Positions 33,503-46,929 of a DNA stretch of 64,000 nt are shown piece after piece. Within the stretch, counting starts at the first letter, position 1, and each line of letters starts with the position of its first letter. The DNA comes from the human T2T-CHM13v2.0 reference genome, Homo sapiens. A program made the translations under genes and the position numbers. The stretch lies in assembly GCF_009914755.1 (NCBI RefSeq), contig NC_060934.1, one strand, 5' to 3'. The notes under the pieces are model-generated. The model was given only the letters and a program-made list of their open reading frames with translations. It did not search any database and was not told where the DNA came from.

Positions 33503-36359
33503 TCAGATGTGGGCTGCATTGACGGCCTGCCTCTCTCTACACCACAGGAATCTGGGCTGTAAAGGCAGGATATAAATTCAAGTCCACATGCTATGGAGAA
33601 ATCAGAGGTTTCGAAAGTATCTCCGTGACTGTTTTTGAAGTCACAGCTAATAATTCACCGTCTGACACTCCGGGGCTTGCCTGGATCTAAAAATAGTTGT
33701 TCCCCCGAGCTGGTCGGGGAACTGGCTGAGAAGGGAGGGAGCTGCGTGGAACACATTCTGAACCATCAGGAAACCCAAAGCAAAATCGAATCTTGCCACC
33801 TAAGATTTGATTATTAAAAGATGGATTTGACAGCTGATTCCCCATTAATTACATTTGTAAAGATATTTGAAAGACAGGAATGAAATGACAGTGGCCCTGA
33901 CACAGTCCTTGGGGTTTAAGACGGAGTCTGACATTGTATCTGTCTCCGGTTCTGCAGCAGCTTAGCGACATCAGAGACAATTGAAGCAAAGGGCCCACTT
34001 ATGGCTGACAGCTGACCCTGCAGCCCAGCTGGGAAGCCCCTGAGACGACCCGGGTCCAGCCATCAGGGAAGGGAACCAGCGTGGCCCCAGGAGGGCTTTA
34101 GGCTGAGGCTTCTCCCAGGATGTGGAGGCTCAGCACTTTGCACAAATTGGATTCATGCCAAAGGAAACTGAAAGCCTGCCTTTCTTTTTTTCCCAGTGCA
34201 CATCTCAGATTATTTGGCCTTTGTCCGAGGACTGAAAACAGTTCTGTGTCCAAGTATGTTTTTAATACCTGATATTTATTTCACAAAAAAGCTGAAATTG
34301 CTTTGTGTGTCCAGGCTTGAATGTTTAAGGCATACTTGATTAATACATGTGTGCTGAGCGCTTCCTGGGGCTCCTAGACACTGCCAAAGGTAGCTCAGTG
34401 GGGAAATTCAAGGCAATTTTCCCCTTAACTTTTGCTACTTCTGACCATTTTCCACTTATGTTATTATGCTTCTGTATCCATCTGTCTGCCTATGTCTAGC
34501 TATCCATCATCTATCAATCAATCACTGTATCTTGCAATGGAGGAATTAACTGTGATGTTTTCAAGCGTGTCGCTTCTCTCATATTCCTATTAACATATTG
34601 GAAACGCTCAGCTAAATAGAATAAAGTTTTTAGCCTAAACCTACAGTGAATGTCTAATGCTTTGGGCAAGATATTGAAGGGGTGGGGGAGAGATAATATG
34701 AATGCTTTCATAGACACAGCTGGACTTCTTTCCCCCTAAACATGAGTGAGAATTCTTTCTATGCTTCTAGTTGAGATTGTAGATAAATAGAGAAATCACA
34801 TTTGAACATAGGAAATGGCTTCTGATAAAGAAGGCACATTCCTGTCTCTCTCACACACACATGCACGCATGCACGCACACACGGACCTCCCACCCACCCA
34901 TCAGAAGCGTATCAGAGGCCTCTGCCTCCCGCCAGGATTCCCGGCTGCAGGACACAGCCCAGCAGGAGAAGCTTTTCCCTCCATTCTTTCAAGGGTGAGT
35001 GGACACATAGGCTGGTGTCGCGTGGTTTGCTTGGTCAAGTGAGGTCCAGTTCCTGGAGGTGGGTTTCTTTCAACATCTGAGAACAGTCACATGGCCCATA
35101 GTGCAGAGCCTTCAGAGAGGAAAGGCACTGGTTCCAAGCATTTCAGTTTAGTTTCATTCAAATGCAGAAACATGGAAACACAGATTAGACTCGTATGATC
35201 AAGTTGTACTCGAGCAAAGAACACAATACCAAATGTTTGATTTCTTAAGAGTGTCCTGAAAGAGTCTCACATACACTCAAAGTTAGTTACCAAGTTCTTT
35301 ATGAGATCTTTTCTAAGATTATGAATATAATATTTGACTTGTGTAAAGCATCATGTCATTGACTAAAGAAAATATGCATATATATAATATATATATATAT
35401 ACAAAGTTGTATAATATTTAAAATATTTCTGAGTGGTATGGCTTGAAAAGATATTACAGTAACCGATTATCATTGTATGGGAAGATGCTTTATAAAACAA
35501 GATTCTTCAATATAGGATATTCTCAGTGGCGTTATTTCTTGACTTCTATTTATCAGTAATAAACTTGGTAGAAAATGTTAAAATAATGTCAGAGGTTATT
35601 TAATGGGAAATATGTATGTTTCTTTCCATTATAAGAAACTATATATCTTATAATAGGACATTTTTCTCACCTCACCTAAAAATAACACAGAATGTCTTAT
35701 TTCATATAAATATTAGTTTTAAAAGGTTTTAGTCATATATCTTGTATCCTATTTAATTTGCGTTCTTTTTACACTTAGAATGAACACAGACCAATTCTAA
35801 CAAAAACATAATAAACACAGAAGCGACACGTGGGCTAAGTTCAGGTATGAGACATTTGCGCCTTCTGTCCGCAGTGTTCTCAGGAACGTGTCACTGTGGA
35901 TGCAGACATGGTTTTAATGGGAAAGAGGTAGAAATTTGCCCAGAAAATTGTATGTCATAAGGCATCATCCTGGAGACAAGCCCTTGAACTTGGGCTCTAC
36001 ATTATATAAAGACAATCACTGAAGGTGAAGGAGAAATTGCAGTAGAAGGAGGACAGGTGCTTGGAGAAGTTCCTGTTCTGCCCCAAGGGTGTTGGGGAGG
36101 CCAGGAGGAGCTCTGCTTCCTGCAGGGCTGTGTGTTATCAGAGTAGCCCCTGGTGGCCTCAGAATGATCCCCTAGAGAGTGGAAATCGGCATGTACAGTT
36201 TGCACAGAGGCAAGCATGCCATATCCCAAGTTTAAATACACCAGTGTGCACCTTTGTATGATGATTCTGACATCATGAATGCAGCAGGTCTCATCGTGAT
36301 GGGATCTATTTCATAAAAAACATTTTGAGGACTAGAGAGAACCATTTCCTATCACAGTC

Positions 36360-36635
36360 TTTTTTTTTTTTTAAGACAGAATCTCGCTCTGTTACCCAGG
36401 CTGGAGTGAAGTGGCCCAATCTCGGCTTACCACAACCTCTGCCTCCCAGGTTCAAGCGATTCTCCTGCCTCAGCCTCCCAAGTAGCTGAGATTACAGGTG
36501 TGTGCCACCATGCCTAGCCAATATTTGTATTTTTAGTACAGACAGGCTGGTCTCGAACTCCTGAGCTTCAGTGATCTGCCTTCCTCGGCCTCCCAAAGTT
36601 CTGAGATTTATAGGTGTGAGCCACTGCGCCCGGCC
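36360..36635 (-). mobile_element. AluS with a ~20-bp internal deletion
   Basis: Antisense dimer; GACAGG joins CTGGTCTCG directly; TSD TCACAGTC. Confidence 0.92.
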
Positions 36636-37122
36636 CTCACAGTCAATTTCTTATGAGGATTTTTCTTCTAAATATCCCAAAGAAGCCATGTGGGGCACAG
36701 CCCTGGGGTGGTGGGCAAATCAAGAGTCAAACTCTGAATGTTTCCTATCCCAGGGAGAGGGAGAAAAGAATCTAATCCAGAGAGAAATTGGAAGGCTTAG
36801 TATAAGAAGTCATGCCAGATTATCAGCTCCTATTTTGGGCCAGGCCTTTGAGGGGCAGCGTCCTGAGCCGTGAGGAGCAGGTGTCAGGCTAGGGCCTGGT
36901 GGAGACATCAGGAATCCTTACACAGTTCCAGGGAAGAGGGAAGAAAACCCACTGAGGACTGAGGAGGTTGGTCATGCCAAGTGGAGGTGAGGAGTGGGGC
37001 TACAGGAGGCTGATTTCCTGCTGTTCAGCAAGGAAGTCTTGGGTTGTTTGCCACTCACGTATTTTACGTTTCTAACTAAGACACAGGACTTCAGGAATAA
37101 GATTGCCCTGGAATGTCTCCAT

Positions 37123-37350
37123 CAGTGGCTCTCTCCTGGGGTTGACTTGGCTTCCCACATCCCACCCGAGCAGGGGACATGTGGCAATGCCTGGAGGTAA
37201 GTTTGCTTGTCACAAGTGACAGATATGCACCTACCATCTAGTGGGTGAGGGCCAGGGGTGCTGTTGAACACACTGTGTACAGGACGGTCTCCTACCACAA
37301 AGAACTGTTTCAGTCAGAATGTCAACGTGGCTGAGGCTGGGAACACACAC
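37123..37350 (+). mobile_element. MER20 (hAT-Charlie)
   Basis: CAGGGGACATGTGGCAATGCCTGGAG...CATCTAGTGGGTGAGGGCCAGGG...CAAAGAACTGTTTCAGTCAGAATGTCAACGTGGCTGAGG. Confidence 0.8.
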
Positions 37351-37367
37351 TCTAACTCTTTGGAAGG

Positions 37368-37709
37368 TGCTATGGACTGAATATTTGTGTTCCTTCAAAA
37401 TTCATGTCGAAATCCTGACCTCTTAAGTATTAGGAGATGCCATCTTTGGGAAGTGATGAGGTCATAAGGATGGAGTCCTTAAGGATGGGATTAGGGCCCT
37501 TAGAAAAAATGGCCAGAGAGAGCTCCCTCACCTCTTTCACCGGGTGAGGACCCAAGGAGAAGGCACCATCAACGAGCCAGGAAACAGGCTCCCACCAGAC
37601 ACCGATTCTGCCAGCATCGTGATCTTGGACTTTCAGCCTCCAGAACTGTGAGAAATGAATACTTGTTTAAGCCATGTGTATTGTTACAGCAGCTCGAATG
37701 GCAAAGACA
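37368..37709 (+). mobile_element. MLT1A-type LTR
   Basis: TGCTATGGACTGAATATTTGTGTTCC...GATCTTGGACTTTCAGCCTCCAGAACTGTGAGAAAT...AAGACA. Confidence 0.88.
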
Positions 37710-37789
37710 CAAAGCAAGGACATGGCTCTGATATATTGAACTGAAATGTAAATTATATAACAATATTTTACATATATAGAAAATGTTCA

Positions 37790-38048
37790 CCAAGGCAGGC
37801 AGATCACCTGAGGACAGATCAACACCAGCCTGGCCAGCATAGTGAAACCCTGTCTCTACTAAAAATACAAAAATTAACCAGGCGTGGTGGTGGTTGCCTG
37901 TAATCCCAGCTACTTGGGAGGCTGAGGCAAGATAATCGCTTGAACCAGGAGGTGGAGGTTGCAATGAGCTGAGATAGCACCACTGCACTTGAGCCTGGGT
38001 GACAGAGTGAGACTCCATCTCAAAAATAAATAAATAATAATAAAAAAA
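37790..38048 (+). mobile_element. 5'-truncated AluS
   Basis: Begins at CCAAGGCAGGCAGATCACC; A/AAT tail. Confidence 0.9.
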
Positions 38049-39015
38049 GTTCAGATAAATATATAATAAAATGATATAAATTTTAGAGCTATAATTTTAG
38101 GCTCTTATATATGTCCTCCCCATAATGGGAGCCCACTGCTCTGGGGTCAGTCAGGTCTCGTAAAGCAACATTTTTCTGGCTGTGTTTGAACTATTTTTCT
38201 CTAGTCAGAGTGAAAAGAAAGGCAATCCTGGCTTATAAAGCTAAACTTTGTCACTTGCAGGGAAAGAGTGCAGCTGTGTGTCGTGGGCTGGGTTCTGCGT
38301 AACCTCGGATGCCTCTCCTGGCCTCAGTTTGCTCACCTGTCTTAGTGTGATAATAACAGTATCTGCTTCAGTTTCCAAGAGGACGAAATACAAAACACAT
38401 ATCTTGGTGTTTTGTGCATAATAAACCTTAAATGAGTATTTGCCATCATTTCTGCAATGTTTAGCTTTGTATCTGAATTATTACACGGAAACGAATCTAA
38501 ATTCAGAACAACTCACAAAAATAATATATTAACATAAGATCTTTTGAGTTAATTTAAAACATTAAATAATATTTCCAATGAGAGTTCTTTTTCTGCCCTT
38601 CTCCTCACCCCCCAAACTGTAAAGTGAACAAAGATGGTATCTGTTGATGGAACCCTGCCTCAAAGAGGTTTGGGAGATGACAGAGTTTGATTGATCTGTC
38701 ACCTTGTGGAAGAGCCCACTTTACATGCTAACAGCTTTTGAGTTCTTCAGGAAGGAACGGCCTGTGACTGGCTGAATCAGCACTCAGCTCCTGTTTACTA
38801 CCAAGTACAGTACCATTTATTTACCTTGGAGTAACCCTTCACCCAGCATCGCCTCTTGAAAGCTTCCGAGGAGAGGAAACGTACTTCAATATGAAGTCTT
38901 ATTTCTCAACAGTTCTCCTGGTCGAGTTTAAAATTTAAAAATTATCTTGCCAAGCTTTCTGCACTGTGATTTATGCAAGAATGGTACAAGAATGAAATGG
39001 ATTGTCTTGGCAGGC

Positions 39016-39141
39016 TGAGTCACTGCTACGATATCAGGGAGTATCTTCCTGCTGCAGAGGAAAGGGAACACGTCATGCTCTTTGAGTCACAAACCTTCTA
39101 ATCATCACCTGTCTGAAAGGGGACCTGTTGTAACTGACTCA
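39016..39141. promoter_or_regulatory. Candidate AP-1 enhancer core
   Basis: TGAGTCA 39016-39022, TGAGTCA 39083-39089, TGACTCA 39135-39141, plus an ACGTCA half-CRE near 39070, in sequence with no repeat I recognise. Motif evidence only. Confidence 0.45.
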
Positions 39142-40338
39142 GCTGAGATTCGCCAAGCAGGCACGCTGAGTGAGTACAGATACCTGGTTAGCAGGTGAGG
39201 ATGCTGGGGTGAGATTGGCAGCTGTCACTCTCTGAATTTTGACATGGAAGAGGGTCAATATCTGATGCAGGAAAAGTGGGCACCTTTGCATACTAACACA
39301 GTGGGCTCACTTACATAATTACACACATTTATCGTCTGTCATTTAGGCCTTGAAATGTATGAATTAATCCTCCTTGTGATGGGAGCGCACTGCTCTGGGG
39401 AAAGTCAGCTCTCATAAAGCAACATCTTCTTGGCTGTGTTGGAGCTGTTCCACTTATTCATTCTCTGTTATCACATTCATTGTGCTGGAAACATTCCGGT
39501 CAATGTTTTCACTTTTCCTGGGATCCTAGACAATGTCCCCACCATAGCTGCTCTGGAACAAGCAGCTGTGTGGCGATGGTGACTCATTCAACAGAAGTGA
39601 CTTGTCTCTGGTGAACTCTCCTCTCTGTCTCCTGCCTGAGCTGAAAGTCACAAATCAAATGATAAACCTGGAGCCTCAGCCAGTATCACCCCCGATCTTC
39701 AAAGTGGTTCTGAAGGGCCTCAGATGTCTGGCTATTAAGAAGTCCTTCAGGTTTTGTTTGCCTCGCTAATCCTGCCTGTCCTGCTCTTCAGATAGGCAAA
39801 GGAGAATTGCGCTAGGCTACAGCTCAGGGCCTTCATCTAAGGCTCTTGTCAACAGCTCTTTGGAGGGTCTGGAGGGCTGGGAAGAAGGAGTCGCAGGTTC
39901 CTAAACTACCACATTTCTTCCCACAGTCAAAGTCCTCTGGTCTCCCGAATTTTGTTTCCAACACGACCATGTTGTCTTTGGAAAGGGGGATGTGGGTGGG
40001 AAGAGTCTCTAGGTATTCCAAAGTAAATATCAAAGAAAAACTGTAACTGGGAGTTTTTATAAAGGGACAAGTTGTACAGGTTTTCCACTGATCCAGCTGA
40101 ACCGAGGTCCTGTGGGAGCATCAAGCAGAAATTCCTACCAAAGAGTAAGAAACAAACCAAACGAAAATGATGCACACACAGAAAAAAGGAATAGCGTCTG
40201 CTACAATTGCTGCCTGTGCCCGGGTCATTATTTCTATGAGTGGGACCTGAAATGGACAGCTGTCATCGGTCAAGGCTGCAGCTGTGTGTCTTAGCTTTGC
40301 CTAGGGAAAGCTCTTTTCCAGACGGAATACAAATGCAT

Positions 40339-40478
40339 TCCTCCTCCTCCTCCTCTTCTTCTCCTCCTGCTACTCCTCCTCCTTCTTCTTCTTCCTCTTC
40401 TCTTCCTCCTCCTCCTCTTCCTCCTCCGCCGCCACCGCTTCTTCTTCCTCTTCTTCCTCTTCTTCTCTTACTTCTTCC
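40339..40478 (+). repeat. (CCT/CTT)n polypyrimidine trinucleotide repeat
   Basis: Read directly. Confidence 0.95.
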
Positions 40479-42714
40479 ATAAAGTTGAAGTCCCAGGTTG
40501 AGTGAATAAATGCTTTTTGTTCCTTTGAGAGGTTCCCCTAAAAAATGAAAACAGAATTCTCTAACATCTTGCATGAACAAAAGAACACCTATTTACAAAA
40601 AAGCAAACAGCACATCCAGCATGCTGCTATGCACCTCACTTCTAGGGTGCAAACTCTCATAACTGTCCGAGGAGAAGCCAATTCCCCTTCACAGGTGAGG
40701 GCCAGTGAGGTGCTTCCTCAGGTCTCTTGGTCTAAGGAGAACAAGGCTGGTCTTGACTTCCTTAAGGCATAGCCATTTCCAACAGCGAAGCATATTGAAA
40801 AATTCTGGAGTCAAGTTGGCTTTTCAAAACCCACACCCCAAGAGAATGGCAAAAGAGAAATCAGCTGCTGCATTGCTGTTCAGTTTTGCTGTTATTGAAG
40901 CTATCTGTTTTAATTATTTCAATCAATGGTGTTCTTATGTGTACTCTCTGGAACTTTAAGCAAATGGAATAATGTAGAAAATCCAATAAATAAGTAAAGG
41001 GAGATGAAGAACAGAGAACACTGTGTTTTTCAGGGAAAAGAACAATAGCAGCAGTGGTGTCAACAGAGACTCCTCTTCTCTGTGGCCTTGCTGGCTTGTG
41101 CTGCAGAGATACTGGCTCAGTTCTCTTGGCCTTGTCACCTAAGGTCAACACCAGTCTCTCTTCTGTTATTTGGAATTCTTTAAGTAGCTAAAGGTCTCCC
41201 TGTGGCTGCTTAATTTCAGCCATCACTACAGTGCTTCTGAGCGACATCATGGTCCTACAGATGTCACTTATGTGTGTAAACCACAGATCTGCACCTGGGC
41301 AAACTGGTCCTCATGGAACCACGTCTTGCCGAGACAACCCTACAAACAGGAAACTCACCTGTGTTTATAAACACCATCTTACTTAGCGATGGGTCAAGAT
41401 TCCCGGGCAGTCCTAGGAGCAAAGTCCCAGAGATTCCTGCATCGTCGAATCTTATTTGCCCTGAAAACAACAAATTACATTACTAAGTGAAGGGAATACA
41501 CTCAAATTATCTCTAAAAGTGTAATTTGTCATCATTAGCAGAAAAAGGTGATTCAAAGAAACATTGTAAAAATCACCCTAAGGACATCTTCTCGGAATCT
41601 TAGAGAACAAGATGACTCACCTTTCCTGCCTTAACCAGCAACCTGTCTGGGCCTTGCTCAGAGCTCATCTCGCACCAGAACAGCCTCCCCGCTGCCTCCC
41701 TCTTCCTAGAGGCCATGCTGTTGCCATGTGGTTTAAATCATAGCTGATGCCTATGCGGTCCTACCATGTCCAGAACTTCTATTTATAGCGTCTCATGTAA
41801 TTTTTATTTATTAGATAAGTGCAATAATCACCGGATGAAAAGAGGCACAGATGACCCTGTCCAGGAGCAAAGTGGTGGCAGGACTGGACCCATGCCAGGT
41901 CCCAGCCAGTCCGTTCCTCTCCGCATGGCCCAGCCGCTGGGCTCTGGAAGCTGCAGGCAGGGTCCCTTGCAAGCTGGTGGCCTCAGCCCCATCTCTTTAC
42001 TTCTCTGCAACTTGTTTTCTCTATGTGCAAGCTGTGACTAATCACACCTCCCTTCAGGGGATTTTCACAGGTTTCATAAGTGAAGTAAGTGCCTATTTTC
42101 TTTCTTTCCCTGTGTGTACCTTGTATACCACAGATGGACACGTGTCTAAAATACCTATTTTGTCAGTCTTTTCCTCCAACTCAGAAACACCGAGAGCCCT
42201 CCCCAATCCCAGCATTTCTATCAGGAAAAGGCTAACATGCCACCGGCAGCAAAGAGCTCAGTGTCACCAGACATCATTTTGCAGATAAAGAAAGGAAATC
42301 CCCGGGTGGCTGAAAATCTCCCCAAGTATGGGCCCAGGGACCTTGATGGGTCAGGTCTCACTGCATCCTGTCCCACTCTGTCCCAGCAAACTTTCTTCTC
42401 CAGTCAAAACTGGTCTCACTCTCTGAGGAACACCTGTGCCGACACTCAGGCACAGCCTATGGGGAACACTGCTCCCTGCCCTCTCCCACCCAAATCAACA
42501 CACCTTCAAAGGAACAGAACACTTCTGCGCCTGGCAAGGCTCCCTTTCCTCTGCCTCCTCCTTCACAGAGACTTTGGGATTGTCCTCTGATGACAGAGTG
42601 CCCTGCCTCCTGATGGAGTGACGCTGGGATTAGAGGTGGGATGGAGGATGCCTGCTCACACCTCCCAGATCATTCACCAGGGGGCAGGGCCAGGCCATCA
42701 TCCCACTGCGTTCA

Positions 42715-43021
<307 letters not shown>

Positions 43022-43089
43022 GTTTGAAACCACTGTGTTCATCTCACACCTTGCAGAGAGATACATGCCCAGGATGGGGCTGAATAAAA

Positions 43090-43300
43090 AGCTAATAATA
43101 ATAGCCACCACCTGTGGAGAGCTTCTCTTGGACCACGCATTCTGCTAAGTCCTTCTCTTGTATGAGGTAAGTACAATTATTAACCCATTTTACAGATGAA
43201 GAAAGAGAGACATACGCTCTTCAGCAAATTGCCCAAGCGCATGCATGTAGTAAGTGACGGTATTGAGATTCAAGTCCAGGCAATCTGTCAACCACGCACA
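43090..43300 (-). mobile_element. MIR
   Basis: AATTATTAACCCATTTTACAGATGAAGAAA...TTGCCCAAG...GATTCAAGTCCAGGCAATCTG core. Confidence 0.75.
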
Positions 43301-43307
43301 TGCTACT

Positions 43308-43592
43308 AGGGAGGGAGGGAGAAGGGGAGGGAGGAAGACAGAGAAAAAGGAAGGAAAACAGGAAAGGAGGAAAGAGGGAGGGAGAGAAAGGAAGCAAAAG
43401 GAAGGAAGGCAAAAAGTGAAGGAAGGAAGGAAAGAGAGGGGAAGGAAGGAGAACAGGAAAGGAGGAAAGAGAGGGAGGGTAGGAGGGAGAGAAATGAAGT
43501 AAAAGACGAAAGCAAAGCATGGAGAGCAGAAGGAGGGAGAGGAAGTCAGGAAAGGAAGAAAAAGGAAGGACAGGGAAGAAGAGGGAGGGAAG
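43308..43592 (+). repeat. GA-rich low-complexity (GGAA/GGGA)n tract
   Basis: Read directly. Confidence 0.9.
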
Positions 43593-44689
43593 AGTGCTGA
43601 GAAAGTTGATTTAGCAAAACAGATTTTTGGTCTCCACCTGGAAGGACCAGTTGTGCCCAGAGAACCTTCTCTGTCTCCTCTAACCATGGGATAAAAGGAG
43701 ATTTCCACAAGAGCGGCTCAGGGACGCAGCCCATCTCTTAAGAAGGAGGCTCTGAGAGGTGAGTCCAAGGGTGTCTGTTCTGTGCGATTTTCAGGCTCTG
43801 CAGGAAAAAATCCTTAGCAGAATCCGAAGGGATGGAGTCAGGACCAAGTGACTTTGAGGGCCAAAAGGGAAAGTGGGAGGTCCGTGGTTTAAGGACAGCA
43901 GAGTCAAGGATGAAAAGATGCCTCCTTGCGATAGTCCCCAGGTTAGTTCTTTTTGAAATGAGTTTTTAGCCCCGATGTGACTGAGAAGTAAGGGGCGAAT
44001 CTGTGCAAACACCGCGTTGTGTCCGCCCGGCTCCCAGTGCTCCCAGGTCTTTCTGGAGCAGAGCGGTTTCTGCGCATCACGGTCCCACCATCTGGATAAG
44101 AGGAGGTCCCGAGCCTGAGCTACTCTGGGGGCCTCTGGGTGCCCGGGGCCAGCGTCATCGGCTGACACTGCCACCTGTTCTCATGTCCCTTTTTGTTTCT
44201 TTTCCAGGGACAAGACCATGGATGCAGCACATGGCCACAAGGCAGTTTCAAGATGCCCATGTCAGGCAGAGGATGGCTCAGTGGTCTCTAACCCACCTAA
44301 CATTTCATGAACTTTACTCCTGGTCCCGCTCCCAAATTAGACACTGGAGATAATGGATCACTGTAAGCATAAAAGGGGCTTTTTGTTTTCTTTTACAAAT
44401 ATGCCTAGATAATTCTCAGATACACCTGAGTAACAGCACATGTTCTCTACCTTTCAGACCTGTTGAGGGTGAGAGGGAGACGGTTAATGAAAGGCTGTGA
44501 GAACGCGATGCACAGAGTCCAGAGAACTTTTGAGATCATCATTCCCACCTCTGAGTTCCCAGCACTTTTTTTTCCAAAAACCGTTTCATACTTAACTAAG
44601 GAATCTGTGCTTAATTATTAGCATTAAGGAGAATAGTGAAGGCTAATTGTGGCCAGCGTTTTATTCTTCAAGGTGCAGAAAAACATACA

Positions 44690-44808
44690 TTTCCTTCCTT
44701 CCTTCCTTCCTTCCTTCCTTCCTTCCTTCCTTCCTTCCCTCCCTCCTTCCTTCCCTCTCTACTTCCTTCCTTCCTTCTTCTCTCTTTCTCTCTCTTTCTT
44801 GCTTTCTT
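44690..44808 (+). repeat. (TTCC)n microsatellite and CT-rich tail
   Basis: Read directly; ~11 consecutive TTCC units. Confidence 0.95.
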
Positions 44809-46929
44809 TAGCCTGTGCAGGAGTCAGACTCTGTATTGCATTTAGAATGAAGATAAGTCAAATTTTTAATCCCTGAGCCAAACACATCGGGTAACTTTCA
44901 AGTTCCCCAGAATCTTCTGATTTTCACTTGGGTTCAAAACCACAGTTCCACATGCAGTTGAAGTGGCATTTTCTTCCATTGGCAACTTCTGCATTTGGTA
45001 TCAAACCTTTGGTTATGCACAGAGCTGAGGGAGAGCAAACCGATTCTTCACGCATGTTCCACCCTTGGAGCACTCACCCCTACCTCTAGGAGAGCCCCTA
45101 AAATGAGCTTGAGTCCTCCATCCAGAAACGAACCAACACTTCTCACAGAGAAGATGGCAGGGCCTCGTGCATCAGAACCCCAGCCAATCAGGACTGCAAA
45201 TAAATACCCAGAAGCTGGTCTCAATGATGCGCTTGGTATAGGAAATGAAAGACGGAACCAATGGTTTCAACAAAATGAGAGCAGAACTGAAAGTCTGCAA
45301 ATAAAAATTACAGGTCCTTCATCACAGCTTTCCCTCCACACAGGCCGTAAGAAAACCATGCAGTTCTCTAAGAGAATGTTTTTTTTTTTTTTTTCCAAGA
45401 GCTCTTGAGTCATCTTGGTTTCTGTCTCTTGATGTAGAATTGACTCTGAAAGCAATAAAATAGTAAAAACACCTCATTCCCCTGCTTTGCATGTAATGGA
45501 CTAACCAGGAAGATAAAATGTCCCACTTCCGGGGCTCTTCACCTGACATCACCTTAGTTTGAAGTTACTTAGCTTGGTATTCTGGCATATTTTAGAAAGC
45601 AAAAAGCACCTTAAACCTTAACATTTTGTGTCATTTCTAGGCCAAACACTTTGGGGCTTTTAAAAAAAGTACACCAAGATAAAGTCATCATTGACTCTGT
45701 TGAAAGAAATGGTAGGCAAAAATAAATAAATAAATAAATTTGACAAATGTATTAAAAATTCAAGGCTAAATGGGTTGAACAAAAGATTGGAAGCCGAGGT
45801 AATCTGTGAGAGATCCATGCCCAGCTGGCTAAGCTTTTCATCCTTCGGTTCTTACCCCTGACTTGCTGAACCAGCATGGTTAGAAAATGTGGGCCACACA
45901 CACAAACAACGTTGAAATTCCTTGGATGTCAAGCTTTTGATTCACGCCCATTCTGTAAAGCATTAGGAGGTCAAAGGTGTATGGTTTTCTGCACTTTGGA
46001 AAAGAAGGAGCTGACCATTTCCAGCCTTCAGTGCTCTCTTTCATGCTAATAATTGAGCTGGAATTCCTGAAGAATGACACTGGGCGCTGAGGTTCGTCCT
46101 GGGAAGTAGGGGTGGGGTTTGTACCTGCAGTTTGCATAGGATCCTCCCACTGACCTGCCTGTTAGAAAGGACAGTGGCTTCAAAATCTGTTTGTTGTTCA
46201 TTTGTTTTTCTCCCCATAGAGAACAAGGTGAGTGGAGGTATCTTCAATGAGAAGAAAGGCCTGAGCTCCCATTCTCCTGTTACAAACACACCATGTCAAA
46301 TATTTTTCGAGTCAATATGTTTTAATAAGTGCTCTTTATTTATTGGGGCTACAATACTACAGTTGAAATTGTTTGCAGACTTCATTGATTTTGACTGGAG
46401 GTCCCTGGAAGGCATGGTGGTTCCTGCCTCAGCAGAAACTTGTGTGGCAATAGGAGTGGAGGCCAGAGAGTCCTTAGGTCAGTCCCAAATTCCCTGGGAA
46501 AAAAAGGGTTAACTGTCCCTGCATTGAATTAACTGTGGGGATAAAACATTTGTGAATACCATGTACACACATAAAATTGCCCCTAAACAAATTATTCTGG
46601 AGATACGTTATTCTAGCAAATGGTCATTCGCACAACGCACACAGCACAGCTGTCCTTTCTGGGTTCGTATGATTCAGAAGGTCCCAGCTGAATCGTGACA
46701 GCAGGTGCATAAGTGGCCTCGAGCTTTTTCCTCATTATTTCCAGCAAACCCCGTCTCTGTCTACTTACCTCCTTCCTTAACAGCCTTTTCCTAACCAATT
46801 CTTTCTGCTCCCCTAGAAATATTACATTCTGCAAATGCGAAAGGAAAAGAAATGGGTATCTGCTCAGTGCCGATTTCAGAGAGTATCTACAAAGCTTTTC
46901 TCTTTTGCACAGATACTGCACTGAAGACT

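Noticed and set aside
40240-40580. Poly-Ser/Pro and RGG/poly-Glu ORFs
   Set aside because: Translations of the (CCT/CTT)n repeat.
43190-43708. 172-aa hydrophobic ORF resembling a membrane protein
   Set aside because: Translation of the GA-rich low-complexity tract.
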